Assembly: GCA_964188305.1 (NCBI GenBank)
Contig: OZ076895.1
DNA from: Podarcis bocagei
Taxonomy: Eukaryota
DNA length: 64,000 nt
Reading direction: 5' to 3' (one strand)
The notes beneath the pieces are model-generated. The model was not told the origin of the DNA. It saw only the letters and a list, made by a program, of their open reading frames with translations, and made no database searches. The stretch's first letter is position 1. Each line of letters starts with the position of its first letter. Of the stretch, positions 39,441 through 51,975 are shown one piece after another. A program made the position numbers and the translations under genes.

Positions 39441-42400
39441 TGAGTTGGGTCCAAGCCCTGCACACAGGTGTAGGAGAGGGCTGAGAACATCCTGAGGGTT
39501 GTGGTCTTGTGGAGAATACCACAATTATGTATTGTGCTTATTCAAACACTATGCATTGATTGCATCTTGTGCACAAAGCCTATACATTGTCTAGTATGCC
39601 TGTCCACAGTATACTATACCCCACATTGCATGGACAGAGACTATCTGTGCCCTGCAAACATGCAGGGTACAGACCAATTTGTCTGCAGGCTGAAATGTAC
39701 AAAGACAGAAATAGGAAAAGACAAAGAACATATAAGAAAAATAAAATATAACATAAAGGTAATTGGGGGCAGAATGGTGTCAAGTAACAAATGGTGCATA
39801 AAAGAAAATGTTGCACCTTTTACAAGTCGTTTTGCACAACATGATTCATTCCCGATAAATTGCAATGACTTATTGCTTATTATCGTAACAGCTGAAAAAT
39901 CCAACATGTAATATTTAATCCTATAAATAAAATGACTTAAGATCTTATAATGTGACTACAAAAGCTAAGTTGAAATGCACCTCTCATTGTACAGTATCAG
40001 GTCTGAAAGTGCTGTAACTACAAACCCGCCAAGCTTTCATTAGGCAAAGTAACAGTTAAAAAAAAGCAGGATTGCAATTTTGGCACATCAGATAAAGACT
40101 ATCACACACAGATGGTCTCCACTTCAGCTCCCTCCACCCTCCTGCATGCAAGCCTTGCAGCCACTGAGCTAGTGGCAGCCAGGCAGGAAATCTTCCAAAA
40201 TCCCAACGTTTTCCATCAGTGCAAGTTTAACAAGGCAGATCAAAAAGCAGCTGCAGAGGTGCCAACACAACTAACTGGGGAATCACAGAAATGCTGTAGT
40301 TGGAAAACGCACACAGTAGGAATCAGGCATCTGGACCTTGCAAATGCCAAATATAGTCCATGTGGCAAAAGGTGTTGACATCGCAGTTGGAGGGAACAGA
40401 AAGCTACAATCAGAAGCATTAAGTTCAGCAGCCACAAGAAGTGACCCAGATACCACATTTGAGTTGTATACCTGCTGTGTGGGGTCAGGTTGTAACGCAT
40501 CAGAGTCCAAAGTTGGATAGCCTCAGCATGTACATGTACATAAATTAAAATTCTAGAAACATAGATACAACAATTTAAAATAAAATGTGAAAAGCAATAT
40601 GAAACAACTTACAAATGTAGGGTTGGTCCTAAGAATACACTAGATATATTGGTTGCTAGATGTCCCCTTATAGCATCATTCAGATTCTCAAGTCAAGGCT
40701 GGGCAGAAAAGAAGTTGCCTACTAGTGGAACATTCTTACTCTATACTTCAACACAGAAAGAAGCTCTGAGGTCAAGAATGCAATGTCACTTTTGTATCTA
40801 CTTGCTTCTACTCCTGTTAATTCCTGGATTGGCTTTATATGCACTATCAAATGCCATTTTTTGAGCATATCACATAACACTAAGCCTTTCAAGCTGGTTG
40901 TCCCATCCTTACCTTTCCATCCTGAAAGGTAATGACAGGACAAATGCTATTATGGATTATGTTGTCTTTACATGCAAGTATGTTTTCCATTTGTACCTTT
41001 CTGGAATATCTCACCACCAGTTTTTAGTTTTTATTTTAAATCTCATGCTCTTTACTTTCTGGGAATGTGTCTTGATTTTACCAGTGAGGAGGAGCATGTG
41101 GGAAAGAGATGAAGGATAATAAAAGCTTCCACAGTCGCAGCCTTTGACAGAATTATGTTTTAAAAATTGCACTGTTTTGTTCTTGCTGTTTTAATCAATA
41201 ACAGCAGACAACACCCAGAAGAGAGAAAGCAAACCAGGACCAGTAACAAGATGGAGGGCAGTGCTCTGTCACGCTTATCCAGAGTGCCAGATCATGTGAA
41301 ATTAAGGCAATGCATATATATCCCAAGACTGCAGGACCAGATCAATTTCCAGAAATTCACAGTGCCTAGTTCTTTCCCAAACACTCTCAGGGTATATTTA
41401 TTATAATATATATTTTAAACAACCTTTCTATTCCCAAGTGGCCAATGGCTAAGATATTCACTTTGCTGAACCAGTTCCTCAGTCCTTGCTAATATATGCA
41501 TGTGGCATAACTGTTGGTTTACTATAATTATTTAGGCTTTAAGACTACATTAAAAGAGTCCCTCTGAATAACTCATCACCATTAAATCTTCTACATCTAT
41601 GTTTGGCTTGTAACATAGATAAAGCAGTTTGCAAAATAATGGGGCAGGGAAGTTAAGATGATGAAAATGCTGAGTAAGATGTAATGTAATCATGTTTGTT
41701 ATAAATTCTGAATTAAATGCCATGTCTTTGCCAGTTCATAGATTTTGCTTTATATTATTCTACAGCACTAATGTAACACCAAAATCCACTCCTTCATTGC
41801 CAATGTGGACCAGGCACCTTTTCAGCTGGCCACAAAACTAATCACTAGTTACCAAGCCAGACAGACAGTTATGCTCTCTCTCTCATAGGCATCCAGAGAT
41901 GGGAAGCAAGTAAGCACAGTCTTTCACAGAGACATAACAATTCCATCTTCCTTGCTTCAGAAAGCACAGTTCAATTTTCAGAGAATGAATGAAAAGAAGT
42001 AACTCTCATCCACCTGTAAAGATATACAAATGTGAATGCAGAATATGACATTTTAAATTCAAGTTTTGCAAACAGATGGTTTTTCTGCTATTGCTACGGC
42101 AAGGAAAGGAAGGTCGAGCTATTCAAACAGCAGTAGGAATTTCCCTCCTGCCTCAAAAGGCATAAACAATCAACCTAACAGTATGCTTCAAGATGTGTCC
42201 TAACCTCATTATGTTATCAACATGGTGTGACACTGACCAGGCTCAAGCCATTTTGTGAATGTCACTCAGACGAGACAGAAGCATTTCCCTCTCAACTTCC
42301 TATCTTAGGCTGCTATAGTTCCATTATTGTGGAGGCACATTATCTCTGTTTTTAACACATAATTGCAGGGAAAACAAGTAGAAAGACTCCATATCAATTA

Positions 42401-45400
42401 TGGCCCTCTCTTGCAAGGCTGGCTTCAATTCCCTTCAAACTAGCTCCAATTTTCCCAGCTACATCAAGAGAATGTGCATCACTGTTCTTTGCACAAGGTC
42501 ACACACATGTGTGCAAGCTTTCTTCATTTCTGCAATTTCGCCAAAGCCTCAGTGGAGTTCATTAGTTCCAAAATGGCTCTGCGTTTAATAAAATCCCCTT
42601 CCATTTGTGTGCATAATAGGTTTTTAGTGGGGATGAAACAGATATAAAGACGGCAGAAACGGCTGCTTTCAAATTTCTGTTACAAAAGGACAAGAAGGGA
42701 TTGACCTTGCCCTTACTGAAGTTAATGGATAACCTCGCAGGACAGCATGATTGCCATCAAAGGCCATAAGCCATAAATAAGTTGCTTCAGAGTAATTTCA
42801 CTTATGGCACTGAGACTCCTGTAAGTTTTTTAAGAAACACAGCTGAAATTGAGGCAATGGATAAACAATTCTTGATTTCCAAGTTAGTACTAGGGAAAAT
42901 GTTTTGGCTGATGTGCCTGATTCAGTGGAGCTGAAGCTCAGTGACAGAACACATGGAATGCATCTTCAGGCCAGATTCAATCCTCAGGATCTGCAGTAAT
43001 GTCGGGGAAATATCCCTTTCAGAAATTCAGGAGAGCTGCTTCCAGCCAGTGTACTGAGCTACATGGGCCAAAGATCTGACTCATTTTAACAGCAGCTTTC
43101 TGTGCAAATAAATTCTTAGCGATAACCAGCAGGTACCATTTTGCTTCAGCCCCTTGATCTTTTTGGTTGAAGGCTAAGAGATAGTGACTAGCCATAGGCC
43201 ATAGCTAAACAGAGGATTGAACCCATGTCTCCCAAGTTCTAAGTCTGTACCCTTGCTGTACCACACTGGCTCTGCAATATTACCCTACAGTGGCTCTCAT
43301 TATTTTAAAATCCTGCACAATTTTTTATTCCACATTCTGCTGGCTGAGTTTCAGAATCCAAGAGGCATGTTATCAGCTTATAAACACATATTTTTCTCCT
43401 TCAAACCTTAAAAGAAAAGAAAAAAGCATTACACATCATATATTGGATAATGCGCTTCTTGAAGAAGGTTCTCCATGTCTCTGGAAATCAGGACGGTAGA
43501 AGTTGCTATGGCAACTCCTTTTTCCTCCTTTCAGAATTAGATTACAAAGTGAATGTGAAGCCAGACTTGTTATTGTTACCCAAGTGAAGGCTTCCCCTGA
43601 GCAGCTGGACAAATCTGGTTTTCCAGAGCTGGACCAACTCTACCTTCCTCTCCCTCTTCTCAAAAAACCCCCAACAACCCACCACCCACCCAATTGGCTA
43701 TAGAAGATATCAAGACAAGAAATGATTCGTGCTAATTAGGACTTAGCTAAAGAGCATCTTCAAACAGGGGATGGTTCTGAGTCCTTCTACAAGACTCTCT
43801 CAGAGCTATACCAAATGACCCACAGTAAAGGATTGTAGATGATAGGGGAAGAATGCCTTGCTGAGGAGCTTTACAAATTTAAGAGCATTGCTTTCAAAAG
43901 CAGGGAAGTGAACTGTACAAGAAACTTCTTCATCTGGAAAGATTGTTCTTTGGATAGAAATGCGGGAGCACTCATACTTTAAAAATCTCATTTTTAAAAA
44001 ACTGCATTGTTATTCTGATGCAGTGGTAGCTCTGTTAGTGTCATAGGCCTGTTTTGCATGCAACATGAAGGCATAGTTTGTTTTTCTTAACTGTGGTTTG
44101 TATGTGATCCTGAACTCATCTCTGACTGCCAAGAAAAACCTTGGCTTGTGGTAAGTAAGAAGAGAACTTAATCATGAGTCCGGGTTCAGATAACATGCTA
44201 AGCTAGTTTCTGTTTGGCTTACCAGTGCACAGCAGGTTTTTCCCATTCTTTTCTGTCCTGTACTGCAAGCAACCCCTTAAAAAGCACTTGTGATACTGTG
44301 AGACACAAAACAGGGTTGCTGCTGTTTAGAAGAGAAATGAAAAAGTCCCTTTACATGCATAAATCTACAGATCTGGATTGGAGCCATACTATTTTGCCCC
44401 TTGGTTGTTGTAGCAAGCACAACTTGCTGCATTTCGTAATGGCTGGAGGCAATTTTCTCCAATAAAATGGCTCTCTTTTCTAAGTGCATCCGATTTCCAT
44501 CTCTGCAGGATGTGCTGTTTTCTGAAGCAGCCTTTTCTATCTCAACCCACCGTCTCATCCAATGTTTTCCAAAAACAAACTAATCACTTTGATACTCAGC
44601 TAACTAGAGCTCTAGTAGAAAGCAACTGCAGCCTCTCTCTGCTATAACAAGGCAACAGATCTGAGGGCAAGGCTAAATTACAACAGGATGGATGCCACAA
44701 AACTTTGACAAGTGTACAAATCTTAAGAATGAATAAGTCAATGCAATTCCACACAGACAGACAGACCATTTGTCAGGGCTGGAAAAATATGTATCAAATG
44801 CATTACTGCCTGGCAAAAGGCATGTTCCCGTGTTACATTTAACTCAGTCTGCTTTTTCTCCCTCTGACTCCCTCTGTTGTCTTTGTTGAAATTACACTGT
44901 AAGCTTCTTGGGGCAGGGACTTGTGTTTTTGCTTATGATACTCTAAATAGCACCATGTACATTAACTTACCCACAACTACCAACTTTTAGTGAGATAAAC
45001 TATTGCCCATGACAAACCCATCAGCGTAAAAATGTGTTGCTAACAGCTATCTGCATATGCAGTCTAGGTACAAATATATTTTGTCAGTTATGCATTATCT
45101 GCATATCCAACCTAAATATAGGTATAGAAATCAAAATTCACAAAAGTCATGCACACATGCAACAGATTATTGCTTTTCTTTAGTACTTGCCTGGAGGAAT
45201 CACATTTCTATAACACTGTGAGCTGTATGTGTGTGTTTAATACTGGGTTTATGGTCAGGAGCAAATATCTACACCAACATCACTTCTAAATAGCCTGTAC
45301 CTCAGTTCTAGCCTTTCACTTTTGTATGTGGAAAACAGCAACATGTCAGATGCACCAGTTCACTAACATCTTTCCTGCACATGCTTCACCTGATGGTAAA

Positions 45401-46241
45401 ACCCTTCAAATCTTTAAAAAGGATTCCAAACCGGCCCCAGTTTTCTCTCTATCAAACTGCAAAGCAACAAAGAAAAGCTTACAACTTGCTAGGCAATAAT
45501 TCCCCCAAAGATGCATTCCAAAGCCTTTGTTTTTCCTTCCACACACTCAAAGCTGCTTCATGAAAATACTTCATCATGGTGGCCAAGGCCTGAAGAATCA
45601 TGCTCATCTGTCTCTGTTTTGGAGAGGCAATTATTACTTTTCCAGCTCCATCCCTCTGCAAGTTTTCATTCCACCACCCCCCCCCCTTTCATGCCAGTGA
45701 TTCTCCTTTGGGGGTAAGTAAAAGAATAGCCACATTCTGGTCTTTCAAAAAACTCCATTGGTTAGTTCTGAATACTGGAATGAATGCAAACTCAGGCTTT
45801 CAGGCTTTCCCATTCATAGCTCTGGGAGTTCTGAGCTCAGCCAACCTCTCAGGAAAGAACAGGGGAAATAGCTTGTCCTGTTGTTATGGATTGCATTCCA
45901 TTTGTCCAACTCTAAGTTTTGTTTCTTTCATATATTTGCTATGACTTCATGCTAAGCCAAATATAAACACATTTCCCTTTCTCCCCCCTGCCCCACACCC
46001 CAGCACCTGACAAGCTTATGCTGAAACACAGGCATTGCCATTTGCGTTTAGTAGAAACACTAATCATTCCAGGCAAGAATAGAAAAAGTCACCATCTTTC
46101 AAAGGGCAAATTTATAATGAGAACACCTGCCAAGGTGCCCTAGAACATAGCCCTGAAACTGTTCATCACCCGAAAGGAAGGCTTGATCAATTAAATAATA
46201 TCCCTTCATAAAACAGACACAGCAGAAAAAGCTCAGGAATG

Positions 46242-46384
46242 NNNNNNNNNNNNNNNNNNNNNNNNNNNNNNNNNNNNNNNNNNNNNNNNNNNNNNNNNNN
46301 NNNNNNNNNNNNNNNNNNNNNNNNNNNNNNNNNNNNNNNNNNNNNNNNNNNNNNNNNNNNNNNNNNNNNNNNNNNNNNNNNNNN
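46242..46384. other. Assembly gap (143 N)
   Basis: Run of N bases. Confidence 1.
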
Positions 46385-46981
46385 TCTGGCATTTTGTTAA
46401 TAAAAGAAAAAAAGCCAACAGCAAAAAGTCATAACCATAAATTCAAAAAACTCAAGGCATTATCTGCACTACAGACTTAAACCAGTTTAACTACCATTCC
46501 TTCTTATCAGGGAAAGTCTGGGAATTGTAACTGGAGGGAGTGGGGATGGGATTTTCTAGCACTGGGTAGTCAGTGAGGTGTCCTCTCATCATTCCTGACC
46601 CTTGGCCATGCCATATGGGGATGATGGGAGCTGCAGTCCAAGAGCATCTGGAGAGCATGACATTGGCTATCTTTGTTCTAGCAGAATGTTCAACATTCCA
46701 CCAATCTGCAGTTCCCATGATTCTTTGGGGGAAGAGGTATGAAACTGATATCCATATGCAGTGCTGATAATGCCCACATTTTCCCCCCTAGAAGTAATCC
46801 TGATAAAACAAGTGCCAGCCTAAAGCCATGTAATCCGAACATCTTGGCTGCCATCTGATGTGACCATGTGATATTTTTCTCCGGACTTCCCAAAAGCCAC
46901 TGTGCTGAGTTTCAAACAACCTACCTATAAGTAAGTAGTAAAAGGTGTAACAACAAATAATGGTGAAAGTAAACGACTTAC

Positions 46982-47087
46982 CAGATTGGAATTAGTAGCA
47001 TTGGAATCATCTTCTGGAAAGGGGATATAGATAGCTAAGGCCACACAATTGGCAAAAATAGTCAGTAAAATAATAATTTCAAATGGT
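46982..47087 (-). CDS. CACNA1C: CACNA1C coding exon 3: repeat I segment S1 and S1-S2 loop
   Basis: Translates (K)[35 protein letters not shown]. The acceptor is ctcag|A and the donor is CTG|GTAAGT at 46982/46981. Its phase is compatible with exon 2 (AA+A = Lys). Length 106 bp. Confidence 0.98.
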
Positions 47088-47099
47088 CTGAGGAATGGA

Positions 47100-47108
47100 G
47101 TTAAGGAA
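47100..47108 (-). promoter_or_regulatory. U12 branch-point sequence TTCCTTAAC
   Basis: Exact U12 branch consensus at the expected short distance from the exon 3 acceptor. Confidence 0.92.
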
Positions 47109-48575
47109 GGTTGATTTTTTAATATATATATATATACATGCATACATTATATTGGAAGAGGGGGAAGGATTTCAAAGAATTCTGTTTAATAAAGACATTC
47201 CTAATCCCTTGTATTTTGAAAAGAAACATATGCCTTTTAAAGTGCTTTTCAACCCTCCCAGCCAAGTTTCTTCCTAATATGTCAAAAGCACGGTAGGCCA
47301 GTCGCGTGCCAGAGTAAACATAGATTTCTTAAAAGTTTTTTTTCTTTATTTAGATTTAATTTCAAGTTTATTTTACCCTCTCAGGCTGTGCTGTTATTTG
47401 ACAGACAGCCCACCAAATTCTCTCTCTTTCTTATTGCATTTGCAATACAGTTGCAAACTGCCTATTATTGCTGTCATTTAAGAAAATATCTCCCAAATCT
47501 TAATACACAATGGTTCAGCATTTTTCAACCCTCTTTTGCCAACTTTTGAAAAGAAATTTAAGAGAGCAGTATTCAAAGAAGCACAAGGGGTTTAAAAGTT
47601 ATGTAAGAGTTTATTTTTAACATTATTTTTAACATTCAGCGTCTCTTCATTCTAATCTCTGAGGGTGTGTGTGTGTGTATATAACACAAGGTTGTTAAAG
47701 GGCATTATTAAAATAAGTTGTGGCTTATTTTGCATACTTTCATACCAGAAATATGCCAAACAGTGGTGTCTATTTGAAAATGCATGTATTTGTTCAGAAT
47801 ACATTTCACCACTTAACTGTTCTCAAAGTGAATTCCCCATCATCAGTTTTTCACCTTAATTGGGTTGGGCAGAAAATGACTGACACCTCATTTATTATTG
47901 GTTCCCCCTAATATCAATATCAGTACACCCACACTCTTGCTGAGCTGATGGACAGCACAGAGGTCCAATAGGACTGTACTCTCATTTCTTCCTAAGTTGT
48001 TCCCTGTGATTATTCTATTGGGCAAATAAAGGAACCACATGAAGACACCCAATTTGCAAAAAACATATCCTAAGAATGCTATGTGTCAGTAGAAGGTAAG
48101 GTTTTTGCAGGACAGTGGTGACACCCAGGGAGACCTGCACCCACCGCACCCCCCTTCATCCACCCCTGCGAGGGGAATTGGTGTCATTGCATATGGAGGC
48201 TTTCCATGTGTAGCTGACCCCATGTTGTTGTGTTTTTATGGCATCGCTTACCTATATGGATTAAGCCTTAGAAAGGGACTCTTTTGGTCAGCCAAGGCAA
48301 TTGTTGCCTTGCTGGCCACAGAGAATAAGAAACAAAAAATAGACCCCTCCTTGCATATGACAATGCAAGTTTTAATTTGTGCTGGATAGTTCATGATCAG
48401 ACTGAAATATTGAAAAGTAGGTCATTCTCAACTATAGAGAAAGCAATTAGCATCTGGTTACAGATGCACATTTTGTCCTCGTTGTTTCTGACAGCTAATG
48501 CCCTGTTTACAATTTTACGTTGACCTGTATAAGCTATTGTAAAGACACAAGAGTTCATAATCTCTGATCAATTCA

Positions 48576-48617
<42 letters not shown>
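48576..48617 (+). repeat. (TAA)n microsatellite
   Basis: Seen directly. Confidence 0.97.
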
Positions 48618-48618
<1 letters not shown>

Positions 48619-51355
48619 TGGTTGATGCACTTTTAATTTCTCATATGCACAACTTTTAAAGTTTTGTAGGTTTCCTTTTAGTACAAATTATGGAAGGTAA
48701 GAGAGTGAATGGTCAGAGGTAGGAGAATTTGTTATGCACAGCTGAAATGTTTCATTATGACCTGGCTTGAAAACCATTAATTAAGATATATTAAGCTCTA
48801 TTTAATGGAGCTTTTTAGTGCAGTTTCACATTAGTTTTATACCAGGACTTGGTATATAGGGCAATAACAGCTGGAGAGAGCTGTTGTCCCTCATTGTCCT
48901 GCTTGCGGGCTTCCCAAAAGCACCTGGTTGGCTGATGTGGGAACCTCACGGGCCTTTTGTTCTGATCCAGCAGGGCTTTTCTTGCATTCACATCCTCTTG
49001 GGTGTGCAACAGAAATAGGCTGAAACTGTATTTTCAGTATGCGAAATTATTATAGCAACATATTTCCCCCTCTCATCTCTTCTTTCAGTAGAAAATGTAT
49101 TAGTCTGCAGAAGAGTCCCAGTTTTGTACAAAAGGTGCACCTTAGCACAAACTATGTTGCTTACCAATGTTTTGAATTATTAAGACACATTAAGAACATT
49201 AGAATAGCCCTGTTTGAACATAAAACTAAACCATCGGTTATTAACTATGGTTATAGACTGCTCATTAACCAAGGTTTGTAGTTCGTTTATAAACCTTAGC
49301 TAATATTAACTATTGCTTAACTTTATGTGCAAGTCCAGACCTTATCCTTAATTATGGTTAAAGAGCTGCCACAGCCCGAAAGCTACAGAGCTGCAAGTGA
49401 AGAACAGCAATTCCTGGCTTGTGTTTCCTTTAACAGGGGGAGGACAAGAATGCAACAAGCCAAGGTTCACATTATGGTCTGCCAGACACACTAGCTTCCA
49501 TTATCATGTGTTAACTATGGTTAGCATTAACTATGGCTTAGCATTATTTACAAACTAGGCCAATATGTTGTTATATAAATTACAGTAGGGTGGAGTTGGT
49601 GGACTCACCAAAGAGATACTGTTTTTCAGCAACAAGTCCATAGTGGCCATAAGTATGTGCTCTGCTCAGGAACCTGGTATTTGAGGTGAGTCATTGAGAG
49701 GATTTCAACTGTTTATTTGTTATGTGTTTTCAGTAAGACCATTATCTCTCAAGAGATGACTACATTGCTCAGTCATTTTCAGCCTCCTACTTTACATCAA
49801 TCTGTTCAACCAGCTCTGATTTCATACTTTATATCAGGCCTCCCCTTGTGGGCTCTGCCTAAAGATGTATGGTTGGCAAGGTGCCAAGCAAGTAACCAAT
49901 ATAGGTTTGCCGCCACCATCCCACTACCCATCCCAAATTAGCCATCCGTCATGGTTTTGAGTGTCTACGTTGGGAAGGATAACAAATAAAACTGCTTGAG
50001 AGGATTAAAAAACTATCACCTGAAAAGCGGGGAAAAAATGAGTTGATGGAGAATATCTGTGAACCCTTTCTTGACCCATTTTTATCTCCACCCAAAATCC
50101 TGAAAGCAAAAGTTGATTTCACAGCATCTAATAAGATTATGGTACTTTGATAATATTTTTATTAAGATTATGGTACTTTGGGTTTTTTAAATCCATCTTT
50201 CTGTTTGCTCCTCCAAGTTTCATTGTGAACAGTCTGTGCACCAGAGATTTAATCTCAGGCCCAAATTAGATAGAACAATGCCAGAATCTGTGTGTTTAAG
50301 CCCAGCTTTGTGTGCCAGCTTTGGCATTTTATTCCTTACTTGTTATGTCCAAAGTGGATTACATCCTGGCTTATTATCTGATATCAAACTAGAGTTTCCC
50401 AGTTTGCATGTAATGAAAATGTCTGTCTTAACACAAACCACAAATGAAGTGCCAATGCCAGCATGCAAGAGAAGGGAGGGAGGAGAGAAGGGCAGGGCAC
50501 TTTCTCCAACATGCATTCCAAGATTCATAGACCAAGCATTTTTTTTAAAAAACCCACTATCACCAAATACTTAGCATCAATGCCATCAGGTCCTGCTACC
50601 AGATCAGCTGTAATAGTAGCCAGATTGGCACTTAACAATAATCCTTTTGTTGCAGTTGCAAGATGGTGTTTTAGTGTAATAACCTTAAATACTTCTACTT
50701 GTAAAGGACCCCACTCCCAAGTGAATGTGCTTCAGACTGCAACCTACACCCTCCTATTACTATCAGCCTATTCCACGTGGACTTTGCCAAATAAAAGTTG
50801 CACAACTGAACAATATAGGTCAAGGTAAAACCATGGCTACATCAGAAAATCTGGATTAAGGGGGGGGGGAATCCAAATGGATTTTAAAGGCTTGGGTTCT
50901 TGAATACTTGGTCATTTGGTCATTTGGAATTGGGTTTATTTTTCAGGTCTAGAATATTTAATTGTTGAAAGATTATAGACAATGGCTCTATTGGTATCCA
51001 TCAACATAATTTACACAGCAGCCAAAAACCATCCATTTTGTGCATAGGATGGCCCATGAATGCTCCTGCATTCTGCAGCAATTTCATGTTGCCACAAGTA
51101 GGAGTCCTTATGCTTTAAGAGTCTAGGCCTAGGTCCCGATGCATCTCCCCCCACCAAAACCCCACCAATTTGGGCCCTGGCAAAAAACTAAGTGGGCACA
51201 CCACTGGGGTTTAAACCCCTCTGCGAATACCCCTGGTGGGGGGTGTAAATTGGCCACGCCTTCCTCATCAAAATGGTCGTTTGATGAGGATGGAGGTGAT
51301 TCACCCCTTACTCAGCTTATCTTCAGAAATAAGCTGAAGAGGAAGGGCTTGTGTG

Positions 51356-51360
<5 letters not shown>

Positions 51361-51386
<26 letters not shown>
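51361..51386 (+). repeat. (TG)n microsatellite, read as (CA)n on the CACNA1C pre-mRNA
   Basis: Seen directly. Confidence 0.95.
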
Positions 51387-51621
51387 CATGCACAAATGTT
51401 TAGGTGAGATGGTCACAGTCACTTTGGGTCACACCCACCACCAGCATGCAACCCCCAGAAGATTGACCAAGGTCATAAAAGATCTACCCCCGCTGATCTA
51501 GATGGAGACCAACCATATGTTGTTGCTCATATAGTTCCTTCTAGTGCTCCCTTCAACCTAATGCACATGCTTAGTCACATTTGTAAATCACATTTGCATA
51601 CTGACTCATATCACTCCATCA

Positions 51622-51975
<354 letters not shown>

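Larger units (their letters stand above)
1..46981 (-). other. CACNA1C: 5' portion of CACNA1C intron 3 (U2-type; continues beyond the window)
   Basis: Starts GTAAGT after exon 3. No exon 4-like sequence (ERVEYLFLIIFTVE...) appears in the ORF track. This intron is very large in mammals. Confidence 0.85.

Noticed and set aside
47086-47087. Annotating intron 2 as a classical AT-AC intron
   Set aside because: Using AC shifts the frame and gives TGG AAC ATT TGA. Only AG preserves WKPFE.
47137-47142. RBFOX motif (UGCAUG on the pre-mRNA) upstream of the exon 3 branch point
   Set aside because: A single hexamer that is common throughout the window, with no evidence that exon 3 is alternatively spliced.
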